Positions 27,701 to 35,060 of a stretch of 35,579 bases of DNA are shown in pieces. Source of the stretch: Candidatus Latescibacterota bacterium. GTDB lineage: Bacteria > Latescibacterota > UBA2968. Under the pieces are notes generated by a model, which saw nothing but the letters and a program-made list of their open reading frames with translations, made no database searches and was not told the origin of the DNA. The stretch lies in the NCBI GenBank assembly GCA_038279365.1, contig JAYODI010000062.1:1-35579 (forward strand), written 5' to 3'. Numbering within the stretch: position 1 is the first letter of the stretch; each line of letters starts with the position of its first letter. Position numbers and translations under genes: made by a program.

Positions 27701-28793
27701 CTCACCCAATGACGCCGATTTGAAAAAGGCAGGTATACAGATTACGTTAAGCAAAACAGGCACATTTGAATTGTTACAAGTGCCGGTGGGCAGATATACC
27801 ATGTTTGCCAAGCCTTTTCATTATTTGAGAGGGCGTGTGTTAAGAGACAGTATTGTGGTTACCAATGCCGCTGGGGTTTCACCCGTGACGTTTAAATGGA
27901 TTTCTGTAGACAGCTCTAAAAACTTGACCGAGTTACGCGCCGGTGATGGCAACAATGACAACCGAATCGACTTGGCCGATTTTGGTTTGCTGGCGGCGCA
28001 CTTTGGTGCATCGGGGTTTGCTGTTGGGTCACTTGCTTGGGGCGCAGATTTTAACAGTGACGGCGTGGTCAATTTGGCCGATTTTGCCTTGTTGCAATCT
28101 AATTTTGGCGAATTGGGCATGGGCAGAACCATTACCACCAAACCTGTTGTGGTGGCCTCGCGGGTGCGTGTGCATGAAGGACGGGTGCAGATTGACAATG
28201 CGGTTGATGTTTCTGGTGTATCGATGGACATTGTGGCTGGTGAGGACTGGGTTTTGGATGCGGTCATGGCGGGTGATTTTTGGGGTGACACCAAACCGAT
28301 GGTTTTATTGCGTCAAATGGGGGATAAGCCACACTATCGTGTGGCAGTTGTATTGGGGAAGGGAACAGTTTCTGGAGCTGGCGATGTATTCGTGTTGCCT
28401 CAATTACCGAGTGATGTGCGTATTGAACGGGTGCGTATTTTAACGGGAGATGGGATTGAAGCTTGGGGTGATGGAGCCGAATTGCCATCTTATGTGTTGG
28501 CTGATGATTTGCCCAAACATCCTGATTTGTCTCAAAATTTCCCCAATCCCTTTAACCCCGACACGGTGATCCCTTTTGCTGTGAGTGAATCTACACAGGT
28601 GATGTTAACGGTTTATTCCTCTTTGGGACAAGTGGTGCGCTCATTGGTCCACGATGTCATTGAGCCAGGATATCATCAGTTGGTGTGGGATGGCAGAGAT
28701 GAGGCGGGCAAATTGGTGAGTTCTGGCGTTTATTTGATTCGATTTCAGCATGGTGACTTTGTAACAGTTCGCAAAGCATTGTTGTTAAAATGA
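24750..28793 (+). CDS. Large secreted modular protein: BNR/Asp-box propeller, FG-GAP/VCBS propeller, FN3-like, cohesin-like, dockerin-like, FlgD-Ig/T9SS-type C-terminal domain
   Basis: S-x-(D/N)-x-G-x-(T/S)-W repeats; (G/A)DLNxDGxxDL repeats; DGNNDNRIDLADF / DFNSDGVVNLADF; LSQNFPNPFNP...WDGRDEAG..VSSGVY...RKALLLK; ATG 24750 gives a signal peptide (ORF track starts at 24669). Confidence 0.85.
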   Translation: MKKKNYIWHCLIGLMLMMPSSAMGQIDTTNVWFSNGPTGLLIVPAVVINPTFPDTIYAGSLGGTVSRSVNRGSSWTTVGASIADSILALAIARSNTAVIYAGTLSRGVYKSTDHGVTWAATGLTGVQVSAIAIDPNDMNKVYAGTRDSLVKSSNGGTSWAKANLDSVNVRAIAMDPLMPDTVYVGTTGRGLYRSFNDGTTWASVNTGLPTNNVSEINVHPTQSDTLYLATTSGVFKSTNGGNSWQSANNGITALDMISLQIAPSETNVIYAGSSTGQVFKSTDHAGIWSDISRNLNYGIPVSAIAIAPDSSNVVYVGTGPLTNLGVQRLKQTGLGGITTITTGLAPEMVATGDLNRDGVTDLVVANGGENDLSVFLTSSLGSILTRRDFIVGSGPVMVRVGDLDGDRDLDLVAANHIKRTVSVLLNDSTGVFGSPRELFVGAPVRVLALADFDRDGDVDIAVAEGNSGTILIYRNDGAASFEAPETISTINGISDLIAVDLNGDGIPDLAAISQAQNRLVLLTNSGNATFQTYLGNSFGLRPAHLVSGDFDIDGDVDLALSNANNQVSVFMNNNGFQATVPIHYGLPDTASGLVVADVDLDRYPDLVVPTRNGRVAALVNDGNGAFLTTLSFGNISSVGRVAVADLNSDSQLDILVSNPSNNALTIFSNTVATSIKAPAPPIGVGATDAQGDLGGNTRLTWKRPRIDEGTGRAVAYRIMRALSRTGTYSQIARVDTSATKGIDSTFVFRSYVDSNATVGVPYYYYLRSESSGGSLSASSDTVTATSKAQPFFDFSFSDNSPYHVRDTIKATIRLNAIGHDVQSFSLFLGVDTTAITLLDQDSAVAGLQPIAVDTGLAQARVLQNRMDPLDRRKMDFGLGFLPTLSDSTPVAVGSFRMIAKKDTTTLIQILNDTSAARQSVLTSRSDGSLIRPFVLPSSKLIFKNHRLRGTIALQGMPADDRDIDVRLDLTQNTALGTPLTTPYNSPNDADLKKAGIQITLSKTGTFELLQVPVGRYTMFAKPFHYLRGRVLRDSIVVTNAAGVSPVTFKWISVDSSKNLTELRAGDGNNDNRIDLADFGLLAAHFGASGFAVGSLAWGADFNSDGVVNLADFALLQSNFGELGMGRTITTKPVVVASRVRVHEGRVQIDNAVDVSGVSMDIVAGEDWVLDAVMAGDFWGDTKPMVLLRQMGDKPHYRVAVVLGKGTVSGAGDVFVLPQLPSDVRIERVRILTGDGIEAWGDGAELPSYVLADDLPKHPDLSQNFPNPFNPDTVIPFAVSESTQVMLTVYSSLGQVVRSLVHDVIEPGYHQLVWDGRDEAGKLVSSGVYLIRFQHGDFVTVRKALLLK

Positions 28794-28835
28794 TGAATAA
28801 ATCTTATAAAGCGTGCGCAGAATGAAGGTGATTTT

Positions 28836-30080
28836 ATGATGCGTCTGTTGGTGTGGTGTGTGGTGATTGTGGTGGTGGGCACGCCTGTTGAGGCTGTGAC
28901 ATTGCGCGTTGAAACAGTTGGGGGAGATTCGACTTTTTTTGCTCCCGAAGGTGATACGGTGTCGGTGGCCCTAAGGGTTGATTCTGAAGATCAGGTGCTT
29001 ACGGGCGTTGAAGTTTTTTTGCAATATGACCCTCGGTTTTTTGCCGTGGCAGATACCATTCGGGCATCGCAGTTATTTGGCACTGTGTTGATTGATACCA
29101 CACGCGCGTTGTCAGACAGTGTTGCGGTTGTCCATTTTGCAGATGCAGACCTTGTCGGAAAAGCGGTAACGGGTTCATTGTTTGTCGTCGACTTTGTCAT
29201 ATTAAAAAATGTCCCCTTGCATGCGACTCTTAAATTGTTACAAGACAATATCACTTATCGCAGTGCGTATACCACTGCTTCGGATGTGGGCAATACGGTT
29301 GCGTTTGAACATATCGTACCGCTTTTGTTTGACGATTTGCCTCCTGAATTGCATTTGCCCCCGTTGTTGGTGATGAAAGAAGACGATGTGCGCGTTGTTG
29401 ATTTGCAAGCATTGGCCATTGATCGTGAATCGGGCAATCGGTTGGTTTGGTCTGTGGTTTCATCCAGTGAACGGGTGTTTACGCAAGTGACCGATTCGTT
29501 AACTGTTGTATTGACTCCACAAAAAGATTTTAGTGGCCAAGTGATCCTTGAGGTGATGGTGACGGATGGAAATGGCGGGCAAGCCAATGGATCGGTTGTG
29601 CTCAATGTGGCATCTGTCAATGACTTGCCAGAATGGATTGCAGGGGCTTTGCCTGATTCGGTGGTGCTTAATGGACGCAGCGCAGTTGTTGATTTGGGCA
29701 GAGCCGTTAAAGATGTGGATGGAGATGTTTTGGTTTGGTCTGGGCAGGGAACTGGAGACGTTGGATTAGATATCCAAGGTGCAATGGCTCAGATTTTTGC
29801 ACCTGTGGATTGGGTGGGAGCAGAAACCATTTCTATATCGGTGAGTGATGGTATTGGCGATGAGGTTCCCGTTTCGCTTTTGGTGGTGCGTCGTCAGCCA
29901 TTAAGTGCTTTGCTGGGTGATTTGAATGGAGATGCAGAAGTAAATTTCACGGATTTTATTGTCTTTGCTCAAGCTTTTGGGCAGGCAAACGCAACATCTG
30001 GTGCCGATCTCAATGGTGATGGGCGTGTAGATTTTCCAGATTTTTTGATTTTTGCTCAAAACTTTGGGCGCAAACTTTAA
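28836..30080 (+). CDS. Secreted modular protein: cohesin-like, 2x cadherin-like Ig, C-terminal dockerin-like
   Basis: Signal peptide ending VEA; EGDTVSVALRV...LTGVEVFLQYDP; KEDD..TPQKDFSG..VTDG..VNDLP; DLNGDAEVNFTDF / DLNGDGRVDFPDF. Confidence 0.8.
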   Translation: MMRLLVWCVVIVVVGTPVEAVTLRVETVGGDSTFFAPEGDTVSVALRVDSEDQVLTGVEVFLQYDPRFFAVADTIRASQLFGTVLIDTTRALSDSVAVVHFADADLVGKAVTGSLFVVDFVILKNVPLHATLKLLQDNITYRSAYTTASDVGNTVAFEHIVPLLFDDLPPELHLPPLLVMKEDDVRVVDLQALAIDRESGNRLVWSVVSSSERVFTQVTDSLTVVLTPQKDFSGQVILEVMVTDGNGGQANGSVVLNVASVNDLPEWIAGALPDSVVLNGRSAVVDLGRAVKDVDGDVLVWSGQGTGDVGLDIQGAMAQIFAPVDWVGAETISISVSDGIGDEVPVSLLVVRRQPLSALLGDLNGDAEVNFTDFIVFAQAFGQANATSGADLNGDGRVDFPDFLIFAQNFGRKL

Positions 30081-30095
30081 GTCTTTTTTAAACAC

Positions 30096-30130
30096 AAAAT
30101 CCCCTGACAAAAATGTCAGGGGATTTTTTT
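30096..30130. terminator. Bidirectional intrinsic terminator
   Basis: AAAATCCCCTGACA-AAAA-TGTCAGGGGATTTT(TTT) between convergent genes. Confidence 0.9.
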
Positions 30131-30148
30131 ATACATTCTGTATTATTT

Positions 30149-30808
30149 TTATTCAACAACCTCAAAGGGTGTTGATTCAAATGGGGCAGATACCATTCGA
30201 CCGCGTGCAACAAGGTGGTGACGCACCAAAAGATAAAGACCAATGCAAGCCAAGAAAAGCAACGCACAAATGATGAGCAATCGTGCAGGCAACAAGGCAC
30301 TGCCTAAAAAGGCAAAGAGAAAGTATCGGGGCCAACGGCCTAAAAAAACAGCGGCCATGTATCGGCGCAAAGGGTAATCGCTGGTGGGGCTGAGAACCCG
30401 AAAGATATAAAAGGGAATAAACGGGGCAAATGCAGCGATCAGCACGCATACAAAAGGTGCTTTTAAAAAGTAGTGCACAGCACCTTGATACATGTCTGTA
30501 TTTTGTATTTTTTGTAGGGATTTATGCTGAAATGCATATCGAATGGCTTTGTAGTCAATAAAACAGGCGATCACATTGCCACACGCTGCAACGGTAGCAG
30601 CCAAAAGGGGCGCATAAAGTGCGCCCATCACCACCATGACCGGTTCGTAGGGCATGGGGATGACGTTGTTGGATGCGATGGTAAAAAGAAACAATAAGGC
30701 CAGATTGCGGTATTCGGGAACCAAACCCGCAACAAGAATTGCGGTTAGGATGAATGGCCCTGCAAAAAGAGCAAAACGTCGCCAAGTATATGAAGAATTT
30801 ATGGACAT
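30149..30808 (-). CDS. DedA/VTT (YqaA-like) family membrane protein
   Basis: IPMPYEPVM, AACGNVIACFIDY, PFIPFYIFR, FLGRWPRY; multiple TM segments. Confidence 0.75.
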   Translation of the reverse strand: MSINSSYTWRRFALFAGPFILTAILVAGLVPEYRNLALLFLFTIASNNVIPMPYEPVMVVMGALYAPLLAATVAACGNVIACFIDYKAIRYAFQHKSLQKIQNTDMYQGAVHYFLKAPFVCVLIAAFAPFIPFYIFRVLSPTSDYPLRRYMAAVFLGRWPRYFLFAFLGSALLPARLLIICALLFLACIGLYLLVRHHLVARGRMVSAPFESTPFEVVE

Positions 30809-30868
30809 ATGTTATTCAGTAAAAGAAATGAAGTTTGATGGTTTTTACAAAATGTAACAAGGAACTTT

Positions 30869-30897
30869 AATATAAGGTTCTCTATTATTTAAGTCAA
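30869..30897 (-). promoter_or_regulatory. Putative sigma70 promoter for the DedA-like gene
   Basis: Minus strand TTGACT, 17 nt, TATATT. Confidence 0.55.
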
Positions 30898-31003
30898 GTT
30901 TTAACTTGTTGTTTTGGCGGGATATACCAAACCTTTTGCCTGGTAGATCAACGGGGCTTATTTTGGCAATGGTGCGATCACATTCCAAATAGGAGGCATG
31001 GAT

Positions 31004-31747
31004 ATGTCTATTGGGTCGGAAGAGGAATTTAAAGGAATGGCAGGTGTTGGGAAAGTGGTGTCTGAAACCCTTATGGCAATGAAGGCTGCTGTAAAACCAG
31101 GGATTTCTACACATGAGTTAGATGCCATTGGATTGGGCATATTTGAAAAATATGGTGCTGTATCTGCGCCTCATGTATTTTACGATTTTCCGGGAACGAC
31201 GTTGATTAGTATTAATGACGAAGTGGTTCATGGCATTCCGGGCGAGCGGGTAGTGAAAGCTGGTGATTTGGTTACGTTGGATGTGACGGCTCAATTGGGA
31301 GAATATATTGCTGACGCTGCGGTGTCTGTAACGGTTCCCACTGTGTTGGCCATCAATAGGCGGTTGTGTGCGTGTGCACATCAGGCATTGCGGGCGGCAT
31401 TGAAGGTGGCCAAAGCGGGACGTCCTATTCATGTGATTGGTCGGGCCATTGAGCAGGTGGTCAATGGGTGGGGTTTTTCGGTGATCCCCGATTTGAGTGG
31501 CCATGGCATTGGGCGGGTAATTCATGAAGAACCTAATGTGTTGAATTTTTATCACCCCAAAGATACCCAGCGTTTGACCGATGGATTGGTCATTACAATT
31601 GAACCGATCATTTGTGCGGGGCAGGGAGCGGTGTTTGAAGCGGGTGATGGGTGGACTATGAAAACGATGGATGGCAGTATGGCAGCACACTTTGAACACA
31701 CGTTGGTGATTACAAAAGGTAAGCCGATTGTTTTGACGGCCATGTAA
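31004..31747 (+). CDS. map: Methionine aminopeptidase type I
   Basis: SINDEVVHGIP, LDVTA, ADAA, GHGIG..IHEEP, TIEP, AHFEHT; AGGAGG optimally spaced from ATG 31004. Confidence 0.95.
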   Translation: MSIGSEEEFKGMAGVGKVVSETLMAMKAAVKPGISTHELDAIGLGIFEKYGAVSAPHVFYDFPGTTLISINDEVVHGIPGERVVKAGDLVTLDVTAQLGEYIADAAVSVTVPTVLAINRRLCACAHQALRAALKVAKAGRPIHVIGRAIEQVVNGWGFSVIPDLSGHGIGRVIHEEPNVLNFYHPKDTQRLTDGLVITIEPIICAGQGAVFEAGDGWTMKTMDGSMAAHFEHTLVITKGKPIVLTAM

Positions 31748-31758
31748 AAAAGGAGGAG

Positions 31759-32160
31759 ATGATGCGACTCTACTTGCGATATTTGGGATTGGGTTTTTTA
31801 CCGCTTCTTTTGGTTTTGCCTCATTTGCCATATTATGATGTGATTAAAGGTGTTGTTTTTTTAATATGTGTTGGTGTTTTTTGGTTGGCAGGTTTTTTAT
31901 GGGGCGTGAAGGAATTGATTGGGGCTTTCTTGCTTAAAAGAGCGCGTGTATCAATGGGTGACTTCTGGGGGTATTCTCCATTGGGGCAACTGCTTTCTGG
32001 TATCGGAAAAATAAGTGGTGCGGTTTTGATCATGTGGTCTTTTGCGGATGGGGCAATTAAAGATATTGAGATTGCAATGGTTGGAGGCTGTATATTGGTT
32101 ATGGGGGCTGGTTGGGCAATTGAATCGCGATTAGAACCGAACTCTAAGGTGCCACTTTAA
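31759..32160 (+). CDS. Hypothetical membrane protein (about 4 TM)
   Basis: AGGAGG RBS, tight packing between map and the next gene, hydrophobic segments. Confidence 0.7.
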   Translation: MMRLYLRYLGLGFLPLLLVLPHLPYYDVIKGVVFLICVGVFWLAGFLWGVKELIGAFLLKRARVSMGDFWGYSPLGQLLSGIGKISGAVLIMWSFADGAIKDIEIAMVGGCILVMGAGWAIESRLEPNSKVPL

Positions 32161-32169
32161 GGAGTTACG

Positions 32170-33333
32170 ATGCGTTATCGTTTAATCTTTGTGTTGCGAT
32201 GCGTAATTTGTTTGTTGGTCTGGTTTGTTGATATGGGATGCCAACAATCGAATCCAATAGATTCTGATGCGCTCGATGGCGTGATGGGGGCGCGTGAAAC
32301 ATTGTTTCGGGCAGATGTTCGCAATTCGGGTGTTTATGATACATCGGGGCCTGTAGGTGATGCATCTGTCGATTGGTCTTTTGCGACGGAGGCGGGTATA
32401 TTTTCGTCACCAACGGTTGCGGGAGATCAGATTTTTTTCGGAAGTGATGATGGGTATGTGTATGCCTTGCAGCGCGAGTCGGGTGCCTTGTTGTGGCGGT
32501 TTAAAACGCGGGGTGAAGTGCAAGGTTCTCCTGCATATGAGTCGGGTGTGGTGTATGTGGGCAGTCGAGATGAATTTTTCTATGCTTTAGATGCATTGAC
32601 GGGACAAGTTTTGTGGCAATTTGAAACGGCAGGCGAGGTGTTTTCTTCACCTGCTATTGACGGGAACTGGGTTGCGTTTGGTAGCCATGATGGCCATATC
32701 TATGTGTTAAATAGACAAACAGGTCAGGTTCGGTGGCGCTATCAAACGGAAGGATTTGTGTTTTCGTCACCGGCAATTGTAGGAGGTGTGATCTTTTTTG
32801 GCAGTGCCGACGGCTATGTATATGCCATGAATTTGACCAATGGGGTTGGTGTTTGGCGATTTAAAACCGATCACGAAGTTTTGGGCTCGCCTGCAGTGGT
32901 GAATGGCACCGTGTATATTGGCAGTGAAGACTTAAATTTCTATGCGCTTGACCAATATACCGGTGTGGAGAAGTGGCGGTTTAAGGTAACGGATCGCATT
33001 TTTGTTTTTCCGGCCATGTTTTCATCTGCTGCTGTGGGGAATGGGGTTTTGTACTTTGGTTGTGGCAGTCATTTCTTGTATGCTTTAGATGTACAAAATG
33101 GGCATCTCAAGTGGCAATATGACAGTGGTTCGCGTATTTCCTCTTCGCCGGGTTTGGCGGGAAATGCGGTTTATTTTGGAACCGATGCAGGTGATGTGTT
33201 TGCCTTAGATAGCAATGGTGGAAAGGTGGTTTGGCATTATAAAACAGGAGATGGGGTTTTGTCGTCACCGGCAATTGTGGACAATCGTGTTTTGGTGGGC
33301 AGTTTTGACAGACATTTATATGCCATAAAATAA
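32170..33333 (+). CDS. PQQ-like / BamB-like eight-bladed beta-propeller repeat protein, probable lipoprotein
   Basis: Eight ~40-aa repeats W-x-(F/Y)-x-T...SSP...GS-x-DG-x-x-YA-x-D; hydrophobic N-terminus ending MGC. Confidence 0.88.
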   Translation: MRYRLIFVLRCVICLLVWFVDMGCQQSNPIDSDALDGVMGARETLFRADVRNSGVYDTSGPVGDASVDWSFATEAGIFSSPTVAGDQIFFGSDDGYVYALQRESGALLWRFKTRGEVQGSPAYESGVVYVGSRDEFFYALDALTGQVLWQFETAGEVFSSPAIDGNWVAFGSHDGHIYVLNRQTGQVRWRYQTEGFVFSSPAIVGGVIFFGSADGYVYAMNLTNGVGVWRFKTDHEVLGSPAVVNGTVYIGSEDLNFYALDQYTGVEKWRFKVTDRIFVFPAMFSSAAVGNGVLYFGCGSHFLYALDVQNGHLKWQYDSGSRISSSPGLAGNAVYFGTDAGDVFALDSNGGKVVWHYKTGDGVLSSPAIVDNRVLVGSFDRHLYAIK

Positions 33334-33342
33334 AGGTTCAAC

Positions 33343-33927
33343 ATGGGTTCTTTTAATACCCAACTGCTATATTGCCCCAGTACGATTATTGATTACGTAC
33401 GTGTGGTTCTTTTGGGAATAGGAATTGGGTGTCATGGGCTGGGAAATGAAATAGGGTTTGTGGGGTTTGTGATGTTGAGCAGTGTGTTGGATATGGTAGA
33501 TGGTATGCTTGCTCGACGGTTGGGGCAAACATCGCGTTTTGGTGAGGTGTTGGATTTTTGTATTGATTTGATCACACATACGGTGTTGTGGGGCTTGTCA
33601 GGGTTTCCGTTTGCACCTGTGATGATTTTTTTGGAGTGGGGGGCTGGGGTGTCTATGTTTTGGCTTTCGGTTAAACAACGAGAACATTGGAAAACCACAC
33701 TGGCAACGATCAATGTGAAATTGATAGAGCGATATTTTGCCAATCGTCAACGAAATGTGCTGGCTGCATTTGCGGGTGTCAGTCATTTTGGGTTTCGCAT
33801 TGCGTGGTATTTGGGATATGGCGAAATGTGGCCAGCCGATATTTTTTTGCCGGGAGTTATATTGTTCGAGGTGGTTACGGCATATATGATCTGGATTGCG
33901 TGGCGGGTCAAGGGTTCTGTTGCGTAA
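33343..33927 (+). CDS. CDP-alcohol phosphatidyltransferase (phosphatidylinositol-synthase-like)
   Basis: DMVDGMLARRLGQTSRFGEVLDFCID matches DxxDGxxAR...GxxxDxxxD. Confidence 0.9.
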   Translation: MGSFNTQLLYCPSTIIDYVRVVLLGIGIGCHGLGNEIGFVGFVMLSSVLDMVDGMLARRLGQTSRFGEVLDFCIDLITHTVLWGLSGFPFAPVMIFLEWGAGVSMFWLSVKQREHWKTTLATINVKLIERYFANRQRNVLAAFAGVSHFGFRIAWYLGYGEMWPADIFLPGVILFEVVTAYMIWIAWRVKGSVA

Positions 33928-33962
33928 TATAATAAATCACGTTAGATTTTTTGTGTTGATAA

Positions 33963-34006
33963 AATAAAAAGCATCCACGCCCATATTGGTGTGGATGCTT
34001 TTTATT
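33963..34006. terminator. Bidirectional intrinsic terminator
   Basis: AATAAAAAGCATCCAC...GTGGATGCTTTTTATT between convergent genes. Confidence 0.9.
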
Positions 34007-34017
34007 ACATTTAACGA

Positions 34018-34761
34018 TTAGCTTCCTTTTTCGGCTTTCCATTTGCGATAGAGCGCAAAGGTTTCTTCATCGGGAGGGTAATATTTGGCAGGTGAGAGAT
34101 TTTCTTCATCTAATCGGCGACGAATCCACTCTTCAAGATCATCATATTCAATGGCTTTTTGTGCCATTTCTGGGGCCACTTTGCGAGGGATAACCACTAC
34201 ACCATCATCATCGGCTACGATATAATCGCCGGGGCGAATGAGAATGCCATCGACAGATACTGCGTCATTGGTTGAATAAGGCGTGCCAACTTTGGTGCCT
34301 AAGTTCGATGTTTTGCCCAAGCCCCATAGCATAATGCCATAGTCTTTTACGGTGTGCATGTCGCGAATGCCCCCATCGCAAATGAGGCCGTCTACACCGC
34401 GCTGTTTGAGGCGCAAAAATTTAATATCACCCCCAATAGAGAGCAACTTGCTGCGCATTGATTCCATGACAATGACATCACCTGGCCCTGCCAATTCAAA
34501 GGCAGCATATTCGGGAGAGTCTTCACCCGATGATTTTTCTGCATCGGCGTCTGGGCGGGCAGGTACAAAACGAACTGTAATGGCACGAGCAACAAGTCTT
34601 TTGCCTGGGTTCATCGTTTGCAAATTGGGCATATAAGTATAACGCGCGTCATATCCATTGCGTGCAAGCACATCGACTATGGCTGTTGTGTTGACTTTTT
34701 TGAGTGCCTCTCGGGTTGCTTCGTCTAAAACATGTTCGGGCGTGGGTTGTATCACTGCCAT
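34018..34761 (-). CDS. RraA/HMG-aldolase family protein
   Basis: GPGDVIVME, GGDI, RGVDGLICDGGIRD, IRPGDYIVADDDGVVVIP; AAGGAG RBS. Confidence 0.88.
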   Translation of the reverse strand: MAVIQPTPEHVLDEATREALKKVNTTAIVDVLARNGYDARYTYMPNLQTMNPGKRLVARAITVRFVPARPDADAEKSSGEDSPEYAAFELAGPGDVIVMESMRSKLLSIGGDIKFLRLKQRGVDGLICDGGIRDMHTVKDYGIMLWGLGKTSNLGTKVGTPYSTNDAVSVDGILIRPGDYIVADDDGVVVIPRKVAPEMAQKAIEYDDLEEWIRRRLDEENLSPAKYYPPDEETFALYRKWKAEKGS

Positions 34762-34989
34762 AAAATATTCTCCTTGGTTATACCGTACTGTGTGATTGTT
34801 TTCTTACGATCTGTAATTGTAATCGGGTGTGCGTGTTGGTTGATGCAGGACATCTGGAACACATCTATGCTTTTGGAATGCATAAGATAATAGTCTGAGC
34901 TGGGATAAAAAAGAAAAAATACCCAAGGCCGTCTGTGTGAGGGTGTTTTTATGGGATTATAAAATGGCGTCCTGGCAATGCATTCTTGT

Positions 34990-35018
34990 TTGACAATGAG
35001 CCACGTTGGTTTTATTCT
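34990..35018 (+). promoter_or_regulatory. Putative sigma70 promoter
   Basis: TTGACA (34990-34995), 17 nt, TATTCT (35013-35018). Confidence 0.6.
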
Positions 35019-35060
35019 GTTGAAAATATAATGGTGAATACCAAACACTGAGGATATAAT

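Noticed and set aside
20539-28809. Identical 11-mer AAATCTTATAA in two intergenic gaps (20539-20549 and 28799-28809)
   Set aside because: AT-rich, only two copies and not a clear palindrome; may be chance
31118-31831. 237-aa antisense ORF
   Set aside because: Shadow ORF opposite map with no motifs
32370-33333. Approximately 120-nt periodicity as a CRISPR-like or DNA-level repeat
   Set aside because: Fully explained by eight protein beta-propeller blades; DNA copies are diverged and have no spacer structure
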